DNA of 64,000 nt from Alphaproteobacteria bacterium (GTDB lineage Bacteria; Pseudomonadota; Alphaproteobacteria; SP197). Shown piece by piece: positions 49,035-60,039 of this stretch. A program made the position numbers and the translations under genes. Location: assembly GCA_963666905.2 (NCBI GenBank), contig OY763008.1:4135469-4199468 (forward strand). The letters run 5' to 3'. The notes below the pieces were generated by a model, which worked only from the letters and a program-made list of their open reading frames with translations, did no database searches and was not told the origin of the DNA. Position 1 is the first letter of the stretch, and the number at the start of each line of letters is the position of its first letter.

Positions 49035-49472
49035 ATGGAACAGCGGCTGAGCATCGTCACCCTGACGGTCGGGAATCTGGCGCGGGCGCGCGCCTTCTAC
49101 GAGGCCCTCGGCTGGAGGGTGACGACCGAGACGGCTGCAGACGCCATCGTCACCTTCACGCTCAACGGCATCGGCTTCGCGCTCTATCCCCGTGAGAGGT
49201 TTCGCGAGGAGACGGGGCTCGGCGACACGTCGTCCGGGACGGGCGGGGTGGTGCTGGCCTACAACGTGCGCTCCCGCGAGGAGGTGGCCGGCGTGCTCCG
49301 GGAGGCGGAGCGGGCGGGTGGCACCATCGTCAAGTCCGCCGGCGATGTCTTCTGGGGTGGCCGTTCCGGGTACTTCAGGGATCCGGACGGACACATCTGG
49401 GAAGTGGCGTGGAATCCGTTCTCGCCGCTGCGGGAGGACGGCACGTTCGCGTGGTCGGGCGGCGCGCCCTGA
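49035..49472 (+). CDS. VOC/glyoxalase family protein
   Basis: MEQRLSIVTL, FYEALGW, FWGGRSGYFRDPDGHIWEVAWNP. Confidence 0.92.
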   Translation: MEQRLSIVTLTVGNLARARAFYEALGWRVTTETAADAIVTFTLNGIGFALYPRERFREETGLGDTSSGTGGVVLAYNVRSREEVAGVLREAERAGGTIVKSAGDVFWGGRSGYFRDPDGHIWEVAWNPFSPLREDGTFAWSGGAP

Positions 49473-49544
49473 AGACCGCGGTTGCGATTGAAGCGGGGCC
49501 AATGGCGTGGTTCACTGGATCAAGGGAATGAAGGGCGGGGGGCC

Positions 49545-50717
49545 ATGACAGGCGCGCAACCATCCATGAACGGCCAATGGGTCCGCAGCGTTCTCGACGA
49601 CGATGCGATCGCCCGCTTCGGCACGGCGACCGAGGCCGGCAGCGGACTTCCCAACGAGTGCTACACGAGCCCGGACTGGCTGAAGGCGGAGAACGAGAGG
49701 ATCTTCGCCCGCACCTGGATGCTCGCCGGGTTCTGCCACGACGTGCCCCGGCCGGGCGACGTCGCGCCCGTCGAGATGGCCGGCATGCCGCTCGTGATCG
49801 TCCGCGGCCACGATGACGCGATACGGGTTTTCCACAACGTCTGCCGGCACCGCGGCGCGGTTCTGGTGGCGAAACCCTGCCGGCGTCTCTCCGTCCTGAG
49901 CTGTCCCTACCATTCCTGGGTCTACGGGCTCGACGGCGCTCTGCGCATGCGCCCGCACTTCTTCGGGAGCAATCGTCACGATACCGATCCGGGACCTGGC
50001 GCTCCCGGTCTCGTGCCGGTCCGCCACGCGGTCTGGCACGATCTCATCTTCGTCAACATCTCCGGCGACGCGCCGCCCTTCGAGGAGCACTGGGAGCCCT
50101 TTGCCCGGCGCACCGGAGACTACGATTTCGGCGCGCTGCGCTACGCGGCGACGCTGGATTTCGACGTCAGGGGCAACTGGAAACTCATCTACGAGAACTT
50201 CTACGACGCCTACCACGTGCCGACGGTGCATCCCAGGCTCGAGGTCTTCACGCCGCTCCAGGACAGGGTCGCCGTGGCGACCGAGGGTCCGTGGTTCCAC
50301 AACACGTCGTTCATAAGGGAGCCCCAGGAAGGCCGCGGCATCGGCATGCCGACGTACCCGGGACTCGACGAGACGGGACGGCGCACGGAGTGGTACTTCC
50401 ACCTGTTTCCGACGACGGCCATCCAGATCTGGCCCGACCAGCTCGCCGTCTTCCAGCTCCATGCCCTGGAACCGGGCAGGACCATGGAACACATTCACAT
50501 GTACTTCGTCGGCGATGCGGCGACCGACGACGAGCACGCCCGGTACCGCCAGGATGTCTACGACATGTGGAACGAGCTCAACACCGAGGACTTCGAGATC
50601 GTCGAGAACATGCAGGGCGCCAGGACCTCGCCCGGCTTCGACGGTGGCGTCCTGTCGCCCTACTGGGATCCCGCGACGCAGCACTTCGCAAGGCTGGTGA
50701 CCGGCTTCATGCGCTGA
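49545..50717 (+). CDS. Rieske oxygenase alpha subunit (choline monooxygenase-like)
   Basis: NVCRHRG...CPYHSW Rieske motif; [16 protein letters not shown]; ED Fe ligand. Confidence 0.9.
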   Translation: MTGAQPSMNGQWVRSVLDDDAIARFGTATEAGSGLPNECYTSPDWLKAENERIFARTWMLAGFCHDVPRPGDVAPVEMAGMPLVIVRGHDDAIRVFHNVCRHRGAVLVAKPCRRLSVLSCPYHSWVYGLDGALRMRPHFFGSNRHDTDPGPGAPGLVPVRHAVWHDLIFVNISGDAPPFEEHWEPFARRTGDYDFGALRYAATLDFDVRGNWKLIYENFYDAYHVPTVHPRLEVFTPLQDRVAVATEGPWFHNTSFIREPQEGRGIGMPTYPGLDETGRRTEWYFHLFPTTAIQIWPDQLAVFQLHALEPGRTMEHIHMYFVGDAATDDEHARYRQDVYDMWNELNTEDFEIVENMQGARTSPGFDGGVLSPYWDPATQHFARLVTGFMR

Positions 50718-50775
50718 CGACACGGCAGGGCGGGCGGTTGTCAGCGAGCCGGGACTTCTCTACGGTCCGGCGGCG

Positions 50776-50852
<77 letters not shown>

Positions 50853-51028
50853 ACCTGCGGGCGGCGCCTGAACCCTTCCTTGAACCAGGCGCTCGCGGCG
50901 GCGGCCCGCGCACTCCTTGAATTCGGAAATGTCGACCTCCACTGTGGCGGTTCGATGAGTAGTGCGACCCGGCATGGTATGCCGCCGCTTGATGGCCGTG
51001 CCGTCCATGACCCCCGCGGGAGGATTCG

Positions 51029-52456
51029 ATGACGATTGAAGGCTACGCCGACCTCGACGCCACCGATCTCGCCGGCCTCGTCGCCCGTGGAGACCTCACA
51101 GCATCAGAGGTTCTCGAAGAGGCGATCGAGCGTGCCGAGCGGGTCAATCCGCGCCTCAACGGGCTCGTCTACCCGTGGTACGACCACGCCCGCCGACGCA
51201 TCCGGGAAGGCCTTCCGGAGGGTCCGCTGCACGGTGTGCCGTTTCTGCTCAAGGATCTCTACGAGGACTACGAGGGCCAGCCGCACAGCAACGGCTGCCG
51301 CGCGCTCGCCGGAACGGTCGCGGACCACGACTGCGAGCTGGTCGCGCGCTACAAGGCGGCCGGCCTGAGCATTTTCGGAAGAACCGCGTCGCCCGAGTTC
51401 GGCCTTTCGACGACCACGGAGTCCGCGCTTCACGGCGTCACGCGCAATCCCTGGAACCCGGAGCTGACCCCGGGGGGATCGTCGGGAGGCGCCTCCAGCA
51501 TGGTGTCGGCCGGCGTCCTCCCGGTCGCCAACGCGTCCGACGGCGGCGGCTCGATCCGCGTGCCGGCCTCCTGCACCGGACTGTTCGGGCTGAAACCGAC
51601 GCGGGGCCGCAATCCCGTCGGCCCCGATGTCGGCGAGGGCTGGTCCGGCCTTGCGGCCTCGCACGTGGTTTCGAGGACCGTCCGCGACAGCGCGCTGCTG
51701 CTCGACTGTACCGCGGGCCCCGATGTCGGCGCGCCGTACTGGGCCGCACCGCCGGAACGCCCTTTCGTGGAAGAGCTGGGCCGCGCCGTCGACGGCATGA
51801 GGGTCGGCGTCGTTCGCGACGCCTGGTTCGGCGCCCGGACGCATCCCGACTGCATCGCCGCCGTCGAGGCGGCGGCGGAGCATTGCCGCGGGCTGGGCCT
51901 TGACGTCGAGGAGGCGACCCTTCCCGTTCCCCGGTGGATGCTCGATGCGGACCTGCAGATCATCTACAGCAATACCCGGCAGACGGTCGAGTTTCTCGAA
52001 CGGAGCCTCGGCCGCCCCATGACCGAGGACGATGTCGAGAAGAACAACCTCGCAATGGCCCGCGAGGACCGCAGCAGCGGCGCCGACTACGTCACCGCCA
52101 TCAACGGGATTCATGCCCTGGGCCGCCTCGTGGCGCGCTTCTTTCTCGATTTCGATCTTCTGCTCACGCCCACCATGCCGGTCCCGCCCATGAGGCTCGG
52201 CCTGCTCTCTCCCTCGCGTGACGACCGCGAGGCGCAGTGGCGAGACGTCATCACCACGATCGCCTTCACGTCGGTGTTCAATGCGTCGGGCAATCCTGCG
52301 GCCTCCGTCCCGCTTCACTGGAACCGGGACGGCGTTCCGATCGGCGTGCAGTTCGCAGCACCCTACGGCGACGAGGCGTCCCTGTTCCGGATCGCCTCGG
52401 CGCTGGAGCAGGTCGCCCCGTGGGCCCATCGCCGGCCGGCCATCCACGCGGGCTGA
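51029..52456 (+). CDS. Amidase signature family protein
   Basis: [25 protein letters not shown]. Confidence 0.93.
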   Translation: MTIEGYADLDATDLAGLVARGDLTASEVLEEAIERAERVNPRLNGLVYPWYDHARRRIREGLPEGPLHGVPFLLKDLYEDYEGQPHSNGCRALAGTVADHDCELVARYKAAGLSIFGRTASPEFGLSTTTESALHGVTRNPWNPELTPGGSSGGASSMVSAGVLPVANASDGGGSIRVPASCTGLFGLKPTRGRNPVGPDVGEGWSGLAASHVVSRTVRDSALLLDCTAGPDVGAPYWAAPPERPFVEELGRAVDGMRVGVVRDAWFGARTHPDCIAAVEAAAEHCRGLGLDVEEATLPVPRWMLDADLQIIYSNTRQTVEFLERSLGRPMTEDDVEKNNLAMAREDRSSGADYVTAINGIHALGRLVARFFLDFDLLLTPTMPVPPMRLGLLSPSRDDREAQWRDVITTIAFTSVFNASGNPAASVPLHWNRDGVPIGVQFAAPYGDEASLFRIASALEQVAPWAHRRPAIHAG

Positions 52457-52532
52457 CCCCCGGCCGTTTTCCTCGCACCGGGTCCCGTCCGGGGGTTAGC
52501 ATGGCGGACAGGGGCCGTTACCGGAGAATGCC

Positions 52533-53774
52533 ATGGACTACCGCGACGAGGTCTATTTCGAAGCCCAGCCCGAGCGCGAGGCGCCGTTCACGCAAGAGGA
52601 GTTTGCCGGCCGCCTGACGAGAATCCGCGGGGCCATGGCCGCTGCGGGTATCGACTGCCTCTTCCTGTCGTCGCCCGAGAGCATGTACTACGTCTCAGGT
52701 TACGTCTGCATGTGGTACCACACCGAGAGTCCGGTCGAGTGGAGCGCCACCAACGGGATTGCGGTCCATGTCGATCATGACCGGTTCATCCACTTCGAGA
52801 CGGAGCGCGAGGCCGTGCTCACACGCACCTTCGCGGTCTCGAAGGACACCCGCTACTTCCCCAAGTCGAGCTACCGCGACGGCACGGCGTTCATCGCCGC
52901 GGAACTGGAGGCCGAGGGCTGGCTGAAGGGTTCCGTAGGCCTCGAGATGCACGCCATGCGTCCGAACCGGGCGGTGAGCGACCGGTTCCAGGCGGCGTTC
53001 GAAGCTGCGGGGGCGAAGGTGGTCGACGGCAGCCTGATCCTGCGGGACGTGCGCTGGGTCAAGACACCGGCCGAGATGGCGTGCCTGAAGGAGGGGTGCC
53101 GCATCGCCGCGGCCGGCCTCGAACGGGCCCGCGAGGTGCTGGCGCCGGGCGTCACCGAGCTCGAGGTGCAGGGCGAGGTCATCTGCGCCATGGCGAAGGC
53201 CGGCGGCGAACTGCAGTCGATGATGATGCCGGTGCTGTCGGGAAAGAAATCCAATGCGGCCCACGCTATCGCGACCCGGCGCAGAATGCGCCAGGGCGAG
53301 ACGGTCACCATCGACGTTGCCGGAGTCTGCAAGCGCTATCACATCAACTGCGCCCGCACCTTCAGCCTCGGCGAACCGGCAGCCGACGTGAAGGACGTCG
53401 CGGACCGGTCGGCCGCCGTCATGGATGTCGTCCGTGATTGCCTGAGGCCGAACCTGCCGGTGCGCGAATTCAACGATAAGGTGAAGGCCCATTACGAGGC
53501 CGAGGGACTGTGGACGAGCCGCGGCTGGATCGGCGGCTACGAGATGGGCATCGGCTTCCTGTCCGACTGGGTCGGCAACTTCGTCTACGATCCCCTTGCG
53601 GAAAAGAATGCCGACCGCCTGTTCGAACCCGGAACGGCGGTCAACCACGAGATCCAGATCTTTCTGCCCCGCCATGTCGGGCAGTTCTTCATGATCGAAT
53701 GCCTGCTGTTCGAAGACGACCGGGCGAGTCTGGCGACGCCGCAGGTGCCCTATTCCCTGATCGTCGTCGAGTAG
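52533..53774 (+). CDS. M24-fold hydrolase, creatinase/ectoine-hydrolase-like
   Basis: FTQEEF..RL, VKTPAE, NAAH, RYH..ART, GYEMGIGF. Confidence 0.8.
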   Translation: MDYRDEVYFEAQPEREAPFTQEEFAGRLTRIRGAMAAAGIDCLFLSSPESMYYVSGYVCMWYHTESPVEWSATNGIAVHVDHDRFIHFETEREAVLTRTFAVSKDTRYFPKSSYRDGTAFIAAELEAEGWLKGSVGLEMHAMRPNRAVSDRFQAAFEAAGAKVVDGSLILRDVRWVKTPAEMACLKEGCRIAAAGLERAREVLAPGVTELEVQGEVICAMAKAGGELQSMMMPVLSGKKSNAAHAIATRRRMRQGETVTIDVAGVCKRYHINCARTFSLGEPAADVKDVADRSAAVMDVVRDCLRPNLPVREFNDKVKAHYEAEGLWTSRGWIGGYEMGIGFLSDWVGNFVYDPLAEKNADRLFEPGTAVNHEIQIFLPRHVGQFFMIECLLFEDDRASLATPQVPYSLIVVE

Positions 53775-53783
53775 GAGGAAGCC

Positions 53784-54986
53784 ATGGCGACCTGGATCAG
53801 GGGCGGCAGGCTCTACGACGTCTCGGGCGGCGGCTGGCGCGACGGCGACCTTCGCGTGGTCGACGGACGGATCGCCGCTCCCGGCGGGCGCCCCTCCGGC
53901 GACGACGTGGTGATCGATGTCCAGGGCGCCTTCCTGATGCCCGGGTTCATCGACTGCCACGTCCATCTGTGCATGCCGACCGAAGACGGCAATCCGGACA
54001 ATCCCTGGGGCGGCAGGCTGCCGGGAGAGATCGCGGTCCACGCGGCCCAGGCGGCTGAGCGCACGCTCATGGGCGGCGTCACCACCGCGCGCGATGTCGG
54101 CGGCTGGGACTACCACGAGATCGCCGTGCGCAACCTCGTCAACCGGGGCAGGCTCAAGGGGCCCCGGCTGTTCTGCGCCGGCCGGCTGCTCTCCATCACC
54201 ACGTCGACGACGGCCTACTACACGGGCATGTACGCGACCGCCGACGGTCCCGACGAGGTCCGCGCCGCGGCGCGCCGGCAGCTTGCCATGGGGGCGGACC
54301 TCATCAAGGTGATGGCCACGGGCGCGATCACCAGCACCGAGTACGAGGACGCCCGGGCGATCCAGTACCAGCTCGACGAACTGAAGGCGGCCGTGGCCAT
54401 CGCCGACGAGAACTTCAAGCATTGTGCGGCCCATGCGCACGCCTGCGAGGGCATCCGCAACGCCGCCCTTGCCGGCTGCCGCAGCGTCGAGCACGGCAGC
54501 TTCGGTGACGAGGATGCCTACGCGCTGATGGCCGAGCGGGGCACCTTCCTCGTGCCGACGCTGTGCGTCCACTCCGCGCTCCTGGCCGACAATCGCGCCT
54601 CGGCCAGGCTGCTGCCCCATATCCACAGGCGCTACGTCGAGACCGAGGAGGTCCACCTTGCCAACACGCGGCTTGCCCATCGTGTCGGCGTGAGGATCGC
54701 CATGGGCACCGACGCCGGCACCCCCGGCAACCACCACGGCGACAACACCCAGGAGATCGTGCGCATGGTGACCGGCGCCGGCCTGTCGCCCGAGGAGGCG
54801 ATCGCCACCGCGACGCTCGGCGGCGCGAATCTGCTCGGCCGGGAGGCCGATCTCGGCTCGCTCGAGGCGGGCAGGTTCGCCGACGTCACAGGCTTTGCCG
54901 ACGACCCTCTCCGGGACATCCACGTCGTTCGCGACGTGCGCCTCGTCGTCAAGGAGGGCGAGGTGATGAGGAACGATCTCGGCTGA
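53784..54986 (+). CDS. Metal-dependent amidohydrolase (prolidase-A-like)
   Basis: MPGFIDCHVH, IKVMATG, AHAH, SVEHG, GTDAG. Confidence 0.9.
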   Translation: MATWIRGGRLYDVSGGGWRDGDLRVVDGRIAAPGGRPSGDDVVIDVQGAFLMPGFIDCHVHLCMPTEDGNPDNPWGGRLPGEIAVHAAQAAERTLMGGVTTARDVGGWDYHEIAVRNLVNRGRLKGPRLFCAGRLLSITTSTTAYYTGMYATADGPDEVRAAARRQLAMGADLIKVMATGAITSTEYEDARAIQYQLDELKAAVAIADENFKHCAAHAHACEGIRNAALAGCRSVEHGSFGDEDAYALMAERGTFLVPTLCVHSALLADNRASARLLPHIHRRYVETEEVHLANTRLAHRVGVRIAMGTDAGTPGNHHGDNTQEIVRMVTGAGLSPEEAIATATLGGANLLGREADLGSLEAGRFADVTGFADDPLRDIHVVRDVRLVVKEGEVMRNDLG

Positions 54987-54988
54987 GG

Positions 54989-56578
54989 TCAGTACCCCAG
55001 GGCGATGCCGTCCTTGCGCGGCTCGCTGCCGCCGGCAAGCGTTCCGCGCTCCCAGTCGATCCAGACCGCCTGACCGCCGCCGAAGGACTCGGGCGAGACG
55101 GCGACCCGGTGGCCGCGGTTAGCGAGGTCGTGCATGACGTGACCGGGCACCGAGGCCTCGACCACGGCCATGCCGTCCTGGTGGCAGAAGCGGGGCAGAT
55201 CGAGCGCCTCCTGCGGCGCCATGCCGTAGACGAGCATGTTCTGGAGGACGTGGGTGTGGCCCCAGGGCTGGTAGTCGCCGCCCATGACGCCGAACGGCAT
55301 CACCGCCTTGTCGCCCCTCGTCAGCATCGCCGGGATGATGGTGTGCATCGGCCGCTTGCCGGGCGCGATGCAGTTGCGGTGCCCGGGCTCGATGACAAAT
55401 CCGCAGCCCCTGTTCTGCAGGGTGACGCCGGACTTCGGAGCGACACGGGACGATCCGAAGGAGAAGTAGAGCGAGTTGATGAAGCTCGCCGCGTTGCGGT
55501 CCCGGTCGACCACGGTGAGATAGACCGTGTCGGGCGAGGCCGGCAGCCGGGGAGCCGGCACTTCGTCCATGGCCCGGCCTGTGTCGATGGCCGCGCTCAG
55601 CCTGCCGGCATGGTCCCTCGAGAGCAGCGCCTCGACGGGCACGTCGGCCATCGCCGGGTCGGCGACATACTCCGCGCGGTCGCGGAAGGCGAGACGGCCC
55701 GCCTCCAGGGTGAGATGGAGCCGGTCCGCGCCGAGGGGGTCCAGGGCGGCGAGATCGTATCCCTTGAGGATGTTCATCATGATGAGCGCCACGATGCCCT
55801 GGCCGTTGGGCGGGCACTCGTGGACCCGGTAGCCGGCGATGTCGGTCGAGATCGGCTCGACGTACTCGCCCGCGGCCGAGGCGAAGTCCCCGGCCTCATG
55901 GAGGCCACCGAGCTCCTCGAGGCGGGCCACGATGTCGTCGGCCACCCAGCCCTCGTAGAATCCCGCGCGGCCCTTCCTTGCGATTTCCCGCAGCGTGGCG
56001 CCGAGCAGCGGCTGGGTGTGGACGGAGCCGGCGGCCGGCGCGCGGCCGTCCACCAGGAGAAGTCGCCGGGCGTGCTCGTCCGCCGCCAGCCGGCGCTCCG
56101 AGGCCGCCCAGGCCCGGTGGATCGCCGGCTGGATCGCGTAGCCTTCCTCGGCGTGGCGGATGGCCGGCTGCAGGACCTCGTCGATGCCCAGGGAACCGTG
56201 ATCGTCGAGCAACCGGCACCAGGCGTCGACGCACCCCGGCACGGTGACGGCGTGGGGACTCTCGGCGGCGACCGCCGTGATTCCGCGTTCGAGGTACCAG
56301 GAGGCGGCGGCGCGCCGCGGTGCGCGGCCCGAGCCGTTGTAGGCGACGATGCGGGACGCGCCGCCCGGAGCGTAGAGGCAGAAGACGTCGCCGCCGATAC
56401 CGGTCGACATCGGTTCCACCACGGTGAGCATGGCGGCGGCGGCGACCGCGGCATCCATCGCGTTGCCGCCTGCCCGCAGGATATCGAGAGCGGCCAGGGT
56501 GGCGCCCGGGTGAGACGTGGCCGCCATGCCGTGCTCGGCATGAACGGTCGTTCGCGGTGGAGCGGGGTGTTGGCGCAT
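54989..56578 (-). CDS. ggt: Gamma-glutamyltransferase
   Basis: GGNAMDAA, GIGGD, DTVY (Thr nucleophile), KRPMHTIIP, GVMGG, EPRKDG. Confidence 0.92.
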   Translation of the reverse strand: MRQHPAPPRTTVHAEHGMAATSHPGATLAALDILRAGGNAMDAAVAAAAMLTVVEPMSTGIGGDVFCLYAPGGASRIVAYNGSGRAPRRAAASWYLERGITAVAAESPHAVTVPGCVDAWCRLLDDHGSLGIDEVLQPAIRHAEEGYAIQPAIHRAWAASERRLAADEHARRLLLVDGRAPAAGSVHTQPLLGATLREIARKGRAGFYEGWVADDIVARLEELGGLHEAGDFASAAGEYVEPISTDIAGYRVHECPPNGQGIVALIMMNILKGYDLAALDPLGADRLHLTLEAGRLAFRDRAEYVADPAMADVPVEALLSRDHAGRLSAAIDTGRAMDEVPAPRLPASPDTVYLTVVDRDRNAASFINSLYFSFGSSRVAPKSGVTLQNRGCGFVIEPGHRNCIAPGKRPMHTIIPAMLTRGDKAVMPFGVMGGDYQPWGHTHVLQNMLVYGMAPQEALDLPRFCHQDGMAVVEASVPGHVMHDLANRGHRVAVSPESFGGGQAVWIDWERGTLAGGSEPRKDGIALGY

Positions 56579-56601
56579 CGGTCCTCCCGTTCAGGACGCG
56601 G

Positions 56602-57096
56602 TCATCGCTGTCTCGGCTGGCCGATGGCGCGTCCCGCGTTGGCATGGCGCTCGATGCCCGCGTGGTCGGCGACGGCCTGCTGCAGGCGTTCGCGCGCCCT
56701 TGGCACGAACTCCATCATGGTGCGGGTGCCAAGATCGAAGCCCAGCGACATCACTTCGTTCGTCGCCGCGAGGAAGCCCTCCTCGGCGTGCCAGAGGCGG
56801 TGGAAGATGCGGAAGCGCTTGCTGTCTGCGGACAGCGCCTGCGTGGTGACGAGAACCGGGGCGCCGACCCTCAATTCGCCGATGTAGTTCACGTGGGTCT
56901 CGACGACCGCGTACTCGGCGCCGTTGCGGTTCTCCTGCGTGTCGGGGGCGTTCATGCTGTCCCAGAACGCCGCCGTCGCGTGATCGCAGATCAGGACGTA
57001 GTAGGCCATGTTCAGATGCCCGTACTCGTCGATCCACTCGGGCCTGACGACGGCGTGCAAGCGGAACAGGCGGGGGTCGGTCGTCAACGGCATCAT
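56602..57096 (-). CDS. Hotdog thioesterase (4HBT-like; resembles the carnitine-pathway thioesterase)
   Basis: VRPEWIDEYGHLNMAYY, VETHVNY, DSKR. Confidence 0.85.
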   Translation of the reverse strand: MMPLTTDPRLFRLHAVVRPEWIDEYGHLNMAYYVLICDHATAAFWDSMNAPDTQENRNGAEYAVVETHVNYIGELRVGAPVLVTTQALSADSKRFRIFHRLWHAEEGFLAATNEVMSLGFDLGTRTMMEFVPRARERLQQAVADHAGIERHANAGRAIGQPRQR

Positions 57097-57183
57097 CCAG
57101 GAACTGCGGAACCGCAGTTCTAGCTTTACGCCGGGGCGCCTGCAACGGCATGATCACCGGCGCCACCAGCGAAGGCGACGAGA

Positions 57184-58338
57184 ATGCCCCGTCTCCATTT
57201 CTCCCAGGACGAACTCGCCGGGCGAAGGGCGCGCACCGCCCGGCGCATGGCTCAATGCGGTCTCGACGCGCTCCTCATCTTCCGTCAGGAGAGCATGTAC
57301 TACCTGACCGGCTACGACACCGGCGGCTATTCGCTCTTCCAGTGCCTGGTGTTCCGCGCCGACGGCGACATGGTGCTGGTCACGAGGTCCGCGGACAGGG
57401 AACAGGCGGCCTTCACCTCGATGATCTCCGACGTACGCATCTGGGTCGACCGGGGAGATGCAAAGCCGGCCGACGATGTCGTGGCGGTTCTCGAGGAAAA
57501 GGGGCTGCGCGGCGCGCGGCTCGGCGTCGAGCTCAACGCCTGGGGGCTGACCGGCCGGCGCTGGGTCATGATGCAGGCGGCTCTCGAGGGGTTCGCCGCC
57601 TGGGAGGATGCCAGCGACCTCGTCCAGGCGCTGAGATTGATCAAGAGCCCGGCCGAGCAGGACTGCGTGAGGAAGGCGGGCGCGCTCGCCGACGAGGGTC
57701 TGCGGGCGCTCCACGACACAATAGCGGCCGGGGTCGACGAAAGCAGGCTCTACGCCGCCCTGGAAGGCACCATCCTCGGTGCCGGCGGCGATTACGCGGC
57801 GAGCCGCGCCATCATCTCGTCGGGCGCCGGCGCCCTGCTGGTGCGCTACTTCACCGGCCGCGGGATCATCGGCGACAACGACCAGGTCCAGCTCGAGTTC
57901 GGCGCGGGCTACCGCCACTACCACGCGGCCATCATGAGAACGGTGCTGACCGGCCGCGCGGGCGGGCGCCACCAACGGATGCACGACGCCTGCGTCGAGG
58001 CTCTCGGACACTGCCAGGCCGTGGCGACGCCGGGTACGACCTTCGGCGACATCTACGATACCCACGCCTCCGTCATCGACGCCCATGGTCTGAAGGAGTG
58101 CCGGCTCAATGCCTGCGGCTACTCGCTGTCGGCCAACTACCCGCCGTCGTGGATGGAGGAACCGATGATCTACCACGGCAATCCGGCAACGGTGGAGCCG
58201 GGCATGGTCATCTTCATGCACATGATCCTGGTCGATGCCGCCAACGAGCTGACCATGAGCCTCGGCGAGACCGGCATCGTCCACGAGGACCGCTTCGAGC
58301 CGGTCTCGTCGATGCCCCACGACCTCGTCGTGAAGTGA
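57184..58338 (+). CDS. M24-fold hydrolase, Xaa-Pro/creatinase-like
   Basis: FRQESMYYLTGYDT, IKSPAE, YHAAIMRT, CGYSL, GET. Confidence 0.82.
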   Translation: MPRLHFSQDELAGRRARTARRMAQCGLDALLIFRQESMYYLTGYDTGGYSLFQCLVFRADGDMVLVTRSADREQAAFTSMISDVRIWVDRGDAKPADDVVAVLEEKGLRGARLGVELNAWGLTGRRWVMMQAALEGFAAWEDASDLVQALRLIKSPAEQDCVRKAGALADEGLRALHDTIAAGVDESRLYAALEGTILGAGGDYAASRAIISSGAGALLVRYFTGRGIIGDNDQVQLEFGAGYRHYHAAIMRTVLTGRAGGRHQRMHDACVEALGHCQAVATPGTTFGDIYDTHASVIDAHGLKECRLNACGYSLSANYPPSWMEEPMIYHGNPATVEPGMVIFMHMILVDAANELTMSLGETGIVHEDRFEPVSSMPHDLVVK

Positions 58339-58349
58339 AGGAGAGCGCC

Positions 58350-59189
58350 GTGGCCGCCAGTCCCCCGAGACTCCCCACGGACCGCGAGTGCGAGCGCTTC
58401 TGGAGCGACGGCGCGGTGGCGCTCAGGGGTGTCTACCAGGACGAGTGGGTAGACCTCCTGCGCCGGGGCGTGGATCGGGCGATGGCGAGCGAAGGCCGCT
58501 ACTCCCGGCGCATCCAGGGAGAAGACGAACCGGTGTTCTTCACCGATTACCTCGCCTCGGACCGCGTCCCCGACCTGAAACGCTTCGCCCTCGAGGGGCC
58601 CGCCGCGGAACTCTCGGCGCGCATCATGAACTCCAGGCGCGCCAACTTTCTCTTCGACGGCATCTTCGTGAAGGAGCCCGGCGCCACCAAGGCGAGCGTG
58701 TGGCATCAGGACCAGCCCTACTACTGCGTCGAGGGACGCCAGGTCGTCGTGCTGTGGGCGCCGCTCGACCCGGTGCCGGCCGCGGCGAGCCTCAGGTGCG
58801 TGCGCGGTTCCCACCGGTGGGGACAGGCCTTCCGGCCGGTGCGCTTCCGCGACGGCGGCGACTTCGGCCGGGGCGAGGACGACGGCTTCACCGACCCGCC
58901 GGATGTCGAGGCCGAGCACGGCGACAGGCTGCTCGGCTGGGACCTCGAACCCGGCGACGTCGTCGCCTTCCACGGCATGACCATCCACGGCGCCGCCGGC
59001 AACCCGCAGCGCTCGGCGCGCCGGCGGGCGACCAACACCACCTGGGTCGGCGACGACACCGTCTATGTCCGCCACCCGGGCGTCATGGAGCCCGACTTTC
59101 CCGATTGTGGCCTCGCGCCGGGCGATCCCCTGGACTGCCCGCGGTTTCCGCGGGTGTTCGACGCCGACCGCCGGGACGCGGCGCGCTGA
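58350..59189 (+). CDS. PhyH-family Fe(II)/2-oxoglutarate dioxygenase
   Basis: KEPG, WHQD, GSHRW, PGDVVAFH..TIHGA, RRA. Confidence 0.9.
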   Translation: MAASPPRLPTDRECERFWSDGAVALRGVYQDEWVDLLRRGVDRAMASEGRYSRRIQGEDEPVFFTDYLASDRVPDLKRFALEGPAAELSARIMNSRRANFLFDGIFVKEPGATKASVWHQDQPYYCVEGRQVVVLWAPLDPVPAAASLRCVRGSHRWGQAFRPVRFRDGGDFGRGEDDGFTDPPDVEAEHGDRLLGWDLEPGDVVAFHGMTIHGAAGNPQRSARRRATNTTWVGDDTVYVRHPGVMEPDFPDCGLAPGDPLDCPRFPRVFDADRRDAAR

Positions 59190-59199
59190 GGCGGCAGGC

Positions 59200-60039
59200 G
59201 TGGGCCGCATCGTCTGGATTGCCAGCTACCCCAAGTCGGGCAACACCTGGGTGCGGGCCTTTCTCCACGAGATGGTGCGCCGGCCGGGCGGCGGCTTCGA
59301 CATCAACCGCATGGCCGAGACCGCCGGCAACGAGGCGGCCATCGCCAACTATCGCGCCATCGATCCCAGGCCCTGGATGACGTGGACGCCGAAGGAGGTC
59401 GCCCGGGTGCGCCTGGCGGCGCAGGCCGCCTTTGCCGCGCGCCAGAGCGGCAACGTCTTCTGCAAGACCCACCTTGCGGTGCTGCGCGTCGGCGAGTGGC
59501 CCACGATCAACATGGAGGTCACCGCAGGCGCGGTCTACATCGTGCGCAACCCCCTGGACATCGCGCCCTCCTATGCGGACCACCAGGGCGTGCCGCTCGA
59601 TGCCGCGATCGACCTCATGAACCTGGAGAACCACCAGACGCCGCCCACGCAGACCCACGTCCCCGAGCTCATGGGCACCTGGTCGCAGAACGTGGAGAGC
59701 TGGACGCGGCACGCGCACCGCGGCGTCCATGTCATGCGCTACGAGGACATGCTGCGGTCGCCGGCCGACGTCTTCACCCGGCTGGCGGTGTTCCTCGGGC
59801 TCGATGCCTCCGGCAGCCGCATCAGGGACGCCGTCAGGGCGGTCTCGTTCGCCAACCTCAGGCGTCAGGAAGACCGGAACGGCTTTGCCGAGCGCCCGGA
59901 GCCGCAGAAGCGCTTCTTTCGCGCCGGCCGCTCCGGGACATGGAAGCGCGAGCTCGACAGCCGCCAGGTGGACGCCATCGCGTCGCGTCACGAGGCCATG
60001 ATGCGAAAGTTCGGGTACCTCGACGGGGCGCCCGCATGA
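59200..60039 (+). CDS. PAPS-dependent sulfotransferase
   Basis: [33 protein letters not shown]. Confidence 0.9.
   Translation: MGRIVWIASYPKSGNTWVRAFLHEMVRRPGGGFDINRMAETAGNEAAIANYRAIDPRPWMTWTPKEVARVRLAAQAAFAARQSGNVFCKTHLAVLRVGEWPTINMEVTAGAVYIVRNPLDIAPSYADHQGVPLDAAIDLMNLENHQTPPTQTHVPELMGTWSQNVESWTRHAHRGVHVMRYEDMLRSPADVFTRLAVFLGLDASGSRIRDAVRAVSFANLRRQEDRNGFAERPEPQKRFFRAGRSGTWKRELDSRQVDAIASRHEAMMRKFGYLDGAPA

Noticed and set aside
49467-49500. CCCTGAAGACCGCGGTTGCGATT as a third tRNA-fMet-like fragment
   Set aside because: Only about 7 nt match well and no T-arm pairing is present.
50860-51008. Short minus-strand frame [10 protein letters not shown] after tRNA-Arg, reminiscent of a Phd antitoxin start
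   Set aside because: Too short, no toxin partner, and the frame runs into the tRNA.
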